Positions 56,383-64,000 of a stretch of DNA of 64,000 nucleotides are shown piece after piece (the first letter of the stretch is position 1; the number at the start of each line of letters is the position of its first letter). The position numbers were made by a program, and so were the translations under genes. The stretch lies in the sequence record NC_048173.1; one strand, 5' to 3'. The notes beneath the pieces are model-generated. The model was not told the origin of the DNA. It saw only the letters and a list, made by a program, of their open reading frames with translations, and ran no database searches.

Positions 56383-56907
56383 ATGACCGTTCGTCAAACC
56401 AAAGCACGCAAAGAAAAACTGTCCTTACACGTTCTGGACATCACCAATGCCTATACCGACGCCAATAACCAGACTGTGTTAGAGTTTGATGGAAAGCACG
56501 CCCGTGAAGTGCGTGTCACGAAAGAAACCGCCCATGCTATTCTCGGTTGGTTATCCGGTTGGATTGAAGACGGCTATCAGGTCAACCTCGAATTCAACGA
56601 TGTGATTCTCGATGCGTCGCGTCCGAAAAGCAAACGCACCGATAAGCACGAAGAGCGTCTGCGTGAAGTGATGGCCATCATTAACACCACGACCCACATC
56701 AACATTGACACCGGCAGCTTTGCCTGCTATTTCTCGGTGGGCGATACCGATAAAGAAATGGAACCGGAAGTGGCACATCGCCTTTTAATCGACACCGAAT
56801 CTCGTGTCGACTTCACCGACGAGATGGCGTACATGTATGTCATCAAGCCGGTACGTCAGGCGTTCCTGTCACAGTACACCCGTGCCCCAATTGAAGAGGA
56901 AGCATAA
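56383..56907 (+). CDS. Hypothetical accessory protein
   Basis: 174 aa, GAGGA RBS. Confidence 0.75.
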   Translation: MTVRQTKARKEKLSLHVLDITNAYTDANNQTVLEFDGKHAREVRVTKETAHAILGWLSGWIEDGYQVNLEFNDVILDASRPKSKRTDKHEERLREVMAIINTTTHINIDTGSFACYFSVGDTDKEMEPEVAHRLLIDTESRVDFTDEMAYMYVIKPVRQAFLSQYTRAPIEEEA

Positions 56908-57452
56908 TGGACGAGTTAAAAGGGTTCTATCAGCCTGAGCGTATCCAGTGGCATACGCTGAACGATTACGCGGTGGAACACAACACCACGCTGCAACTGC
57001 ATCAGTATCTGCTGCTACGCGATAAGCACGTGAGTCAGTACGTACGGCCTTACGACCATCTGGCCATTCTAATCTGGATTAAGATGGCGCTGCGTAAACT
57101 GAAAGAAGAACCGGACGTTGTTATCGCTCCGCTGTTCCTCAACGAACTGACGGCCATTACGTGGCCAGAAGAGCTGGTTGACCGTGACTTCATTCTCGGT
57201 TGCACAGAAGGTTCAGTTGTGCCGGTGGTTGAACTGGTGGACCAACGTCAAATTCACATGCTGTCGACCATGGACATCGAACTGGCTATCCCACGTCAGA
57301 TTGAAGGGCGCTACGTGGGGATTGAGTTCTTCGAAGCAGACCCGCCGAGTGAAACGTATTACGTTCATTCTCGTTGGCCGGAGCACTGGCGGGTGAAGGT
57401 TGGGGCAGCCATTGGCCAGACCAACGTTAACATCGTTGAAGTGCTGGAGTAA
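56907..57452 (+). CDS. Hypothetical accessory protein
   Basis: 181 aa, TAATG coupling. Confidence 0.75.
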   Translation: MDELKGFYQPERIQWHTLNDYAVEHNTTLQLHQYLLLRDKHVSQYVRPYDHLAILIWIKMALRKLKEEPDVVIAPLFLNELTAITWPEELVDRDFILGCTEGSVVPVVELVDQRQIHMLSTMDIELAIPRQIEGRYVGIEFFEADPPSETYYVHSRWPEHWRVKVGAAIGQTNVNIVEVLE

Positions 57453-57458
57453 GAAACT

Positions 57459-57489
57459 AACCACCCTCCGGGGTGGTTGTTTTTTTTTT
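57459..57489 (+). terminator. Intrinsic terminator (AACCACCC-TCCG-GGGTGGTT)
   Basis: 8-bp stem, T10 run. Confidence 0.9.
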
Positions 57490-57498
57490 CGTTTCAAA

Positions 57499-57505
57499 TG
57501 GTATG
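57499..57505 (+). promoter_or_regulatory. Candidate late promoter TGGTATG
   Basis: 25 nt upstream of 57531. Confidence 0.5.
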
Positions 57506-57530
57506 AGGCGCTTATTAGAGGACACTCCCC

Positions 57531-59018
57531 ATGCTCCAGTATTTTGAAATACCGTCATTGGATGCGACCATGCGTAAGTCCATGGCTGACGGTATCATCG
57601 CACGCGTCCTCTTAGAGTCAGGTATCGACCCTAAGAAAGTCATCTACACCGATGACCTCGACAACGTGCAACAGCCCGGTGCGACGATTGGTGACACGTC
57701 AGAGATTCTGTACGCATCGCCGGATATGGTTGAAGTTGAAATTGTTGAAGAACGTGATGAGATGGAACGTATTGCGCGGGGTGTGGGTCTGCATCGTGAG
57801 CGCTACTTCTTTGAGAACAAGTCCGATCACGTACGGGCGTGGGCTTCTCGCGTGTTCTACAACGTCACGGTAAACATCAAACGCCGCTCTAAGTCACGGA
57901 CAGACTTACACCGTTGGTGTAACCGCCTGAACTCCCTGATTGACATGGGGCGCTATTCCACGATGATGGAGTCGGAATCGTATTACCTGATTCCGATGGA
58001 CGCCCTACGTCTGTTGAACGCTTGTTACGTAGCCGCTGAAACCCGTGTACCGCGCCATGCATCGTTTAAAGAGTACCTGAAGGATTACTTCGGCGACGAG
58101 GTGACGGTAACCTCGGATGTGGTGGGTAACAAGAACCGCTTAGCAGTTCGTCATTCCCCGACACGTGTGGAAGTGGTGTATGACGTCAGTGGCCCGCAGA
58201 CACAGAAAGAAGAGAATGACTGGAGCGCTACGTTTTCCTTCAACTACCGTTACCAACGGCCAGAAGAAGTGTTGGTTGAGCATCCGTACATTCTGAACCA
58301 GACCCCGATTGCAAAAGAGTATTTCCCGCAACCGGAGCCGCCGTTTTTGTCAAACGAGGAATTGGTTGAGCGTGGTATTTATCAAAGTCAGCAAGATGCG
58401 TTGGCCTATGAGGGTACCCGACCCCCAATTCTGCAGCTGCCTTATCTGCTGTCAGATGAAGACCAGTTCCTGAAGCTCCACCGTGTACGCTCTCAATCCG
58501 AGATAGCCATCTTTGGTACAGACATTGCGTTTGGCATTGAGAACATGTCAAATCCCGACGTGCTCAGTACCGAGCAAGTGCCCTACACGTGGCAACAGGT
58601 TATCAAAGACTACATCACGTATTGTCGTGAGCGTGACCCATCCGGACAGTGCTGCATCTTCCAATACCAGTTGTACAAAAACGGCTTCTACATTGAACCG
58701 TCAAAATACCGCTGGGATGGTGAGTGGCTGATTCTTGAAGACGAGATTGATGTCACAGCGCAGTATTACGCACTGGAAGTCCTGCGTACTGACTGGGGGA
58801 GTTTCCCAAGGCAGTGCTTATCGATTATTGATAAGTTTCCGGGACTGATTGACTGGATTATCGACTGGTTGATTCCGGGCAAGATAAACCCCCGTCCAGT
58901 GAAGCCAACTGTGCCGGATGTCATTGACCACATCGACATTAACCGTCCAGACGCTGGCTTCTGGTTGACTATCTTTAACACGAGCATTATCGACGCTCGC
59001 AGAATGGGAGAACGCTAA
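57531..59018 (+). CDS. Conserved virion structural protein (neck/tail-completion cluster)
   Basis: 495 aa, GAGGA RBS; role from synteny. Confidence 0.6.
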   Translation: MLQYFEIPSLDATMRKSMADGIIARVLLESGIDPKKVIYTDDLDNVQQPGATIGDTSEILYASPDMVEVEIVEERDEMERIARGVGLHRERYFFENKSDHVRAWASRVFYNVTVNIKRRSKSRTDLHRWCNRLNSLIDMGRYSTMMESESYYLIPMDALRLLNACYVAAETRVPRHASFKEYLKDYFGDEVTVTSDVVGNKNRLAVRHSPTRVEVVYDVSGPQTQKEENDWSATFSFNYRYQRPEEVLVEHPYILNQTPIAKEYFPQPEPPFLSNEELVERGIYQSQQDALAYEGTRPPILQLPYLLSDEDQFLKLHRVRSQSEIAIFGTDIAFGIENMSNPDVLSTEQVPYTWQQVIKDYITYCRERDPSGQCCIFQYQLYKNGFYIEPSKYRWDGEWLILEDEIDVTAQYYALEVLRTDWGSFPRQCLSIIDKFPGLIDWIIDWLIPGKINPRPVKPTVPDVIDHIDINRPDAGFWLTIFNTSIIDARRMGER

Positions 59019-60349
59019 TGCAATTTATCCAAGCAGGTGGTCGGCAAAAGTCCGAAGTCGTGACAGTCGAACCACCGCGCCCTGAGATTACCAAGGCGAA
59101 AGACGGGGTCGTCGAGAAGACGAATATCACGACCGAACCGAGTCGCACGACGGTTGTCGATTTGGAACGTATCTCCAAACGGCACTTGCTGCAATATACG
59201 TCAGGCTCACCGTGGCCGGTAGATTACTACCACCGTCTCTCTGGGATGAATGACCCCAAGTCGTTCTTTGACCCGGCGGTGGATAACGCTACCCAACAGT
59301 ACGAAGAAATCAAGTCACAGGTTCTGCGTGTCGGGTCGGCGTTAAGTTGGAGTCAGGGCACCAATAAAGAGTTCACGGTCTCTGGGGAAGCGACGCTTGC
59401 CAACAGCATTATCCCAACTGAAGGTGATATCTTCATTGCGGATATCGGGGATGCCCGTCGGGGTATCTTTGCGGTGAACTCGACGCAACGTAACGCGTAC
59501 AACAAAATCGCCACCTACCAAATCACATACACTTTACTGTACGAGGTGTCCCCGGAATCCGAACGGGTGTTGCGCGATGCGGTGGTGCGTACGTTCCACT
59601 ATGTTGCTGACCGGGCATGGGTATCTGAAGACACCTTGTTAACGCAGGATGAATTCAATGCCTTCTTGAAGATTCGTGAAGAGCTGGAATACTTCGAGAA
59701 CATGTACGTGCGCATGTATTACGACCAGGAGTTAGGGTCACTGCGCCAACCGGTCACCGCACGTAAGAACTACGATGTGTTCCTGACCCAGTTTGTGCGT
59801 GACATCGGCCTTAACCGGACACCGGATGAGTTAACCATTTATCCGCATACGCCGTACCGTCATGATGAGATGTTCACCGTGTGGAAAGCCCTGGTGTGGC
59901 ATAACGCGTCGATGTTACCGCAGTGTCATCGGGATGGGAAATGGTTCCAAGTCCAAACCTTCCGGACGTATCAGGTACCCAATACCGTAGGCTGGTCACG
60001 CGTGCAATCGACGGTCTTCTTTGACAGTCAACTGCGTCTGAAGAATATCCCGGACGTGGTGCCTGACTTCGACGCCGTAGAGGACCGTAGAAGCGATTTT
60101 GAGGGTACCTTATTAAAAGACCTACCGATGTTCGTTAAACCGACATTAACGCCGTATGTGTTCACTGAGGCGTTTTACGGAGGGTCTTACGGTTCGGTAC
60201 TAGAATATGCACTCCAACTCTATCTGAATAAGGCTAAACTCCGGGCGGATATCCCCTTAAAACTGGCAGAAGAGGTCAAGCGCTTACCGCTGACTGCCCA
60301 GTTCTATTTCGCTCCGGTGGTTTACCTGCTGCTTAAATACGTGAGGTAA
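59018..60349 (+). CDS. Conserved virion structural protein (probable neck/head completion)
   Basis: 443 aa; IIPTEGDIFI beta-barrel pattern; TAATG coupling. Confidence 0.6.
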   Translation: MQFIQAGGRQKSEVVTVEPPRPEITKAKDGVVEKTNITTEPSRTTVVDLERISKRHLLQYTSGSPWPVDYYHRLSGMNDPKSFFDPAVDNATQQYEEIKSQVLRVGSALSWSQGTNKEFTVSGEATLANSIIPTEGDIFIADIGDARRGIFAVNSTQRNAYNKIATYQITYTLLYEVSPESERVLRDAVVRTFHYVADRAWVSEDTLLTQDEFNAFLKIREELEYFENMYVRMYYDQELGSLRQPVTARKNYDVFLTQFVRDIGLNRTPDELTIYPHTPYRHDEMFTVWKALVWHNASMLPQCHRDGKWFQVQTFRTYQVPNTVGWSRVQSTVFFDSQLRLKNIPDVVPDFDAVEDRRSDFEGTLLKDLPMFVKPTLTPYVFTEAFYGGSYGSVLEYALQLYLNKAKLRADIPLKLAEEVKRLPLTAQFYFAPVVYLLLKYVR

Positions 60350-60351
60350 TA

Positions 60352-60888
60352 ATGAGTACCAAGTCGCCTGCTTTCTACCTGTTCCATTCGTGGTACGGAT
60401 GGCGTGTGCCGGAATATGCCACGCTGACCCAGTACGCTCGTGAAGAGCATGGATTGTTTCTGCCAGAAGACCGCAACAAAGCGAAAGCAATTCTGCTGAA
60501 CAAAAAGACGGTGTTCATGACCGTTGCGCAGGCGGCTGAATACTTAACTGACGGCGGGTCACTGGATATCAACGACCCGGACAACGACGCCTTGCCGGTT
60601 TACCAGATGATAATGGAACACCTGAACAACTGGCTGACGTATCTCACCAGTCCGAGTTTGATTGTGCGCAAAACGCCAATTGTCGGATTACGTGAAATGA
60701 ATGTGCTGGCGAATAACCTGTTTCCGGTAGCAAACCGTAAAGGCTACTTCAAGAAACCGGAGATTACCATGTCCATGCAGCTCGCTTCGTTCTTTAATGA
60801 CGTCAAACCGATGGTGCAACAGCATCGCTTCAATGACCAGTTGATGTTGATGATTGAAAGCGCGTATCGGCGTCGTGGAGGTCGCTAA
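60352..60888 (+). CDS. Conserved hypothetical protein
   Basis: 178 aa, GAGGT RBS. Confidence 0.7.
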   Translation: MSTKSPAFYLFHSWYGWRVPEYATLTQYAREEHGLFLPEDRNKAKAILLNKKTVFMTVAQAAEYLTDGGSLDINDPDNDALPVYQMIMEHLNNWLTYLTSPSLIVRKTPIVGLREMNVLANNLFPVANRKGYFKKPEITMSMQLASFFNDVKPMVQQHRFNDQLMLMIESAYRRRGGR

Positions 60889-62177
60889 TGTTCGCCAGAT
60901 TTAAATCCATCGTGGCCAAGCACATCGCCAAGGCCGTGGGTAGCCCTAAGTTCACCTACACGGTGGTACTGAAGGCGAACGGCGTCGCAGTAAAGGCAAT
61001 GAAGGTGCATTCAATTACACGCCGTTCTGAGTTTGTACGCACGATAGGCACAACCACGTTTATCACCATCCTCGTGCCAATGTCACAGTTGCGTCTGTTG
61101 CTGTCCAATACGTACGGTAACCTCACCTGCACACTGGGGACGTTCATCAGTGGGCGCCTCAGTAAACGGGAGGTGTTGTACGGGGTAGTGCAGAATGCCC
61201 AAGACCTCGACTTGTCCGCCCCGACGAAGAACCTCAGTCAGGGTGATGACATGGACTTCTCGGTGGTGACGTTGGAGCTGATGTCCGAGACCGTGTGGAA
61301 TTTACGCATGGTGCAACACGGGCTGAACATTCAACGGAACGACCCACTCACGGTTTGCCGGTTCTTGCTGGCACGCACTACAAGGGCACAGGATGCGCAG
61401 AAAGGGGATACCGAAGCGTTGCAGTATGCAGAAGAGCCGCAGACGCCGTATGCGTCGATTGTGGTTCCTGATGGAACCCCGTTCCGCGGTATCTTCGACT
61501 ACCTGCAAAACCGCTATGGCGTGTACTCTCAAGGGTTGGGGGTGTTTAATTACCAAGACATCTGGTTCCTCTTTAAACCGTGGAACAAAGCCCGCTTTCA
61601 GGAAGATGACTACCGCCTGGTTATATACGCATTAGCTGCGGACGACATGGCGCAACCCGAACATACGTTTCGTATTGACGGGAAGACCTACTATGTCGTC
61701 GTAGCAGGCGATACAAGGCTCGTAGACCAACGCGACCAGTCTGCCCTGAACGAAGGTACCGGTTATCGCGTCGCCTCTGTACGCGCGTTAGACGGCCGCA
61801 CCGTGGACTTGTCATCGGACGGTCCACAGTCGACCACTTCTGATGCATTTGTCAGCGCCTCGAACCCCACCCCGCACAACTCAAAGATGACCAATGCGAA
61901 CTTCGGTCAGCAGAAGTTCACCGACAGTGATAAAGCTCTGCGTAGTGAGTTTGCTCGTAAGGGTGGGCGTTATCTCACCGTAACGTGGTCAAACGCGATG
62001 TTTGGTGCCGTACGTCCGGGAATGGGGGTGCAGTACAACTACGCCAACGACGGTGGGATGTTCACCAAGCACGGGACTATCATCGGGGAGATACACCACA
62101 CCGCCCTTGATGGTGGGGGTACAGCTGGAGAACAATACGTTTCCAATGCAGAAATCTTGCTCTGGATTGCCGACTAG
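60888..62177 (+). CDS. Conserved virion structural protein (neck or hub-like)
   Basis: 429 aa beta-rich; GGAGG RBS, TAATG coupling. Confidence 0.6.
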   Translation: MFARFKSIVAKHIAKAVGSPKFTYTVVLKANGVAVKAMKVHSITRRSEFVRTIGTTTFITILVPMSQLRLLLSNTYGNLTCTLGTFISGRLSKREVLYGVVQNAQDLDLSAPTKNLSQGDDMDFSVVTLELMSETVWNLRMVQHGLNIQRNDPLTVCRFLLARTTRAQDAQKGDTEALQYAEEPQTPYASIVVPDGTPFRGIFDYLQNRYGVYSQGLGVFNYQDIWFLFKPWNKARFQEDDYRLVIYALAADDMAQPEHTFRIDGKTYYVVVAGDTRLVDQRDQSALNEGTGYRVASVRALDGRTVDLSSDGPQSTTSDAFVSASNPTPHNSKMTNANFGQQKFTDSDKALRSEFARKGGRYLTVTWSNAMFGAVRPGMGVQYNYANDGGMFTKHGTIIGEIHHTALDGGGTAGEQYVSNAEILLWIAD

Positions 62178-62178
62178 A

Positions 62179-62205
62179 TTTTTTACAACAGGCTACTTAG
62201 ATATA
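62179..62205 (+). promoter_or_regulatory. Candidate middle promoter TTTTTTAC-N15-TATA with no downstream ORF
   Basis: Full motif match. Confidence 0.6.
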
Positions 62206-62210
62206 AGTCA

Positions 62211-62352
62211 GCCAGGGGATACCTAGGTTTGGGAGGGGGGTTTTTAACGAGTGACGAGCGTAGCGAGACACGACCTCCTTATTCCTAAGTAATCCTGTAA
62301 GGGATTACGCTTAAGTAAGCTCTCCCTCCGGGGAGAGTCCTTATTTCTTTTT
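62211..62352 (+). ncRNA. Candidate structured small RNA (about 140 nt)
   Basis: Own promoter, three stems, terminal intrinsic terminator, no ATG-initiated ORF. Confidence 0.55.
62320..62352 (+). terminator. Intrinsic terminator (CTCTCCC-TCCG-GGGAGAG)
   Basis: 7-bp stem, T-rich tail. Confidence 0.8.
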
Positions 62353-62373
62353 ACGTTATTTTCTAATGGTATG
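62348..62373 (+). promoter_or_regulatory. Candidate promoter TTTTTAC-N15-TATG (also TGGTATG)
   Basis: 34 nt upstream of 62408; matches both middle and late patterns. Confidence 0.55.
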
Positions 62374-62407
62374 TTATCCAAAACCCATTTAATAAGGAAT
62401 TATCCGA

Positions 62408-63163
62408 ATGAGCGTTACTACAGATATCGTTCTCTATAAACTCTCTGCTGACCTCATCAAGAAGATTGATGAATTCGAAAAGGCAACGTTCGGTAAAAAC
62501 GCCAGCAAGCTCTGGGACCGTATGCTGAAAGTTCTGCCGCAGAATGCCGCGGAGTTAGAGATTCTCGGTGTGCAGGCAACCAACCGTGACAGCACTATTG
62601 TTATCCTGTATAAGGCTGATGGTGTGGAAGGCGGTAAGACCCTGCAAATCGCGGACACGGGTACCGTCGGCAATATGCTGTTCCTGCACGCAGTGGCGTT
62701 TGCCCCGGCGTATCAGGCGCTGGGTTCGATCTACGACATCGATTACATCTATCAGCTGGCCAACACCATCTCTGGACGTATCGTGCCGAACGAGTTTGAC
62801 AGCTATCCGCAGTACGTGAAACGTATTCGCCCAGAAGACTTTGACGACGTTGTGTCGCTGGACGTGTTCCGCTTCGAGCTGATTGGTGAAAACCGCACCG
62901 ATGACTTCGTGACCTACCTGAAGGCCATTGTGCGCTACCACGCTGAGATGTCAACCGAAGACATGTCGAACAACCACAACGAACTGTACCCGGTTCTGAT
63001 GTACGGTAACCGTGTCGCCTTTGCGACCTACATCCCGTTCCCGGCCCGTATCGTGGCACCGTACCACGACAACACCATTCTGCCGGAACCGCTGGAACTG
63101 GGGCTGGTCTTCACCGATGCAGTGAACGCTATCAGCGAACAACGCTACCATCTGCAGCACTAA
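62408..63163 (+). CDS. Conserved hypothetical protein
   Basis: 251 aa, AAGGA RBS, codon-biased. Confidence 0.8.
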   Translation: MSVTTDIVLYKLSADLIKKIDEFEKATFGKNASKLWDRMLKVLPQNAAELEILGVQATNRDSTIVILYKADGVEGGKTLQIADTGTVGNMLFLHAVAFAPAYQALGSIYDIDYIYQLANTISGRIVPNEFDSYPQYVKRIRPEDFDDVVSLDVFRFELIGENRTDDFVTYLKAIVRYHAEMSTEDMSNNHNELYPVLMYGNRVAFATYIPFPARIVAPYHDNTILPEPLELGLVFTDAVNAISEQRYHLQH

Positions 63164-63170
63164 TAAACAA

Positions 63171-63219
63171 AAGCCGACTACTACCCCTTTTGGGGTAGTA
63201 GCGGTTATTTCCTTTTTTT
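63171..63219 (+). terminator. Terminator (CTACTACCCC-TTTT-GGGGTAGTAG)
   Basis: 10-bp stem plus outer stem, T run. Confidence 0.85.
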
Positions 63220-63239
63220 CCTAACGAAAAATATTTCAG

Positions 63240-63250
63240 ATATATATTAC
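63240..63250 (+). promoter_or_regulatory. Candidate early promoter containing exact TATATTAC
   Basis: phiKZ early consensus at 63243-63250. Confidence 0.6.
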
Positions 63251-63305
63251 TTTCATGAACGAGATGCATTATCTCACCTAATCTAAATACTTGTGGAGCT
63301 TTCAA

Positions 63306-63584
63306 ATGACTATTACCCGTACTCTGATTCATGTTGTTGCTGTTCTGGCTGTCGCTGTATTCTTCATTCTGTCTCCATTCGCTGTAATGGATTTACTGGG
63401 TGGCAATGATAACGCCATCGTTGCAGGCTTAGGCGGTGCACTGTACATCGTTACTGCACTGGGCTTTGTATTCTCAGATTCACTGGAACTGAACTTTGGT
63501 CCGTTCCGCATGTACCGCAACTTTGTAGATAACAATCGCTACGTAGCTCCAGTCTGGCGTTACGTGTTCTCTAACGAAGACTAA
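63306..63584 (+). CDS. Small two-TM membrane protein
   Basis: ATG 63306 with GGAG RBS; two hydrophobic helices. Confidence 0.7.
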   Translation: MTITRTLIHVVAVLAVAVFFILSPFAVMDLLGGNDNAIVAGLGGALYIVTALGFVFSDSLELNFGPFRMYRNFVDNNRYVAPVWRYVFSNED

Positions 63585-63624
63585 TACCCTTACTTAACTA
63601 AAACCAACTAAAAGGATTACCGCC

Positions 63625-63798
63625 ATGAAAAATGATAACCTCGATATGCTGCTGAAACTGTCTGGTAAAGAACTCGCTGCTGTGATGGCACAGGTAAAAG
63701 CTGAGAAAGCAGCAGGCCAACGTCTTCCGGCGGTAAGTCCAGTGAAAGCATACCTCTCAACTGACTTCCGTCCTAACCGCATTCTGAATAAGGCATAA
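63625..63798 (+). CDS. 57-aa protein below ORF-track cutoff (MKNDNLDMLLKLSGKELAAV...)
   Basis: AAGGA RBS; translated by hand. Confidence 0.6.
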   Translation: MKNDNLDMLLKLSGKELAAVMAQVKAEKAAGQRLPAVSPVKAYLSTDFRPNRILNKA

Positions 63799-63802
63799 TC
63801 AC

Positions 63803-64000
63803 ATGTACTTCTTAAACGACAAAGGTGCAGCTCGCCTCGCTGAGCTGAAAGTAGGTGCAGGCGTTGAGCTGACTCTGCAGGCCGGCAAACAGATTATTGA
63901 CCGTGGTGGTAATCTGGTACGCAAGTTTAAACTGACCAACCACGGAAAAGTACATCATGTCGAATTGGCTATGGACGAGTACAGTCTGGTACACCCAGCG
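63803..64000 (+). CDS. Partial gene running off the window (MYFLNDKGAARLAELKVG...)
   Basis: Open to the window end, AAGG RBS, biased codons. Confidence 0.6.
   Translation, partial: MYFLNDKGAARLAELKVGAGVELTLQAGKQIIDRGGNLVRKFKLTNHGKVHHVELAMDEYSLVHPA

Noticed and set aside
4259-63201. CTAC/GTAG hairpins as REP elements
   Set aside because: REPs carry GTAG 5' of the hairpin and come with a RAYT transposase; here GTAG is the 3' stem arm and no HUH transposase is seen.
63812-63994. 60-aa minus-strand ORF at the window end
   Set aside because: The plus-strand frame from ATG 63803 has an SD and biased codons and fits the operon.
1-64000. tRNA, rRNA, CRISPR array, integrase, transposase, intron or intein
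   Set aside because: No cloverleaf, regularly spaced repeat-spacer pattern or catalytic motif was seen by eye; tRNAscan, CRISPR and intein searches were not run.

Overview
This window is about 64 kb of a nucleus-forming jumbo phage genome (phiKZ-like, Chimalliviridae). Gene order most resembles the enterobacterial SPN3US/Asesino-like group; this is recognition from motifs and synteny, not a database search. Left to right it holds: (i) about 11 kb of small hypothetical genes with no PhuZ tubulin; (ii) the replication/nucleus core: split family-B DNA polymerase (11092-13293 plus 40834-42636), chimallin, four of the five non-virion RNAP subunits (no introns), an SbcD-like nuclease, ChmC-like, PicA/Imp1-like and an SF2 helicase; (iii) a virion RNAP beta' fragment; (iv) head/ejection proteins with A-x-E protease motifs, baseplate/neck genes and small accessory genes. 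No tRNA, rRNA, CRISPR array, integrase or transposase was seen. Reading the sequence directly gave these main leads: a probable programmed -1 frameshift (T TTT TTC, 37513-37519) extending a 721-aa baseplate/tail chaperone-like protein to about 851 aa; a structured ncRNA candidate of about 140 nt (62211-62352) with its own promoter and terminator, carrying a 16S-like anti-Shine-Dalgarno sequence; an oriC-like island (GATC cluster, DUE-like 13-mer, G-quadruplex motif) between the polymerase and chimallin; FG/NPF nucleoporin-like low-complexity tails on PicA and its neighbour; and three promoter classes, including a bipartite TTTTTAC-N15-T(A/G/T)T(A/G/T) motif found about 10 times.
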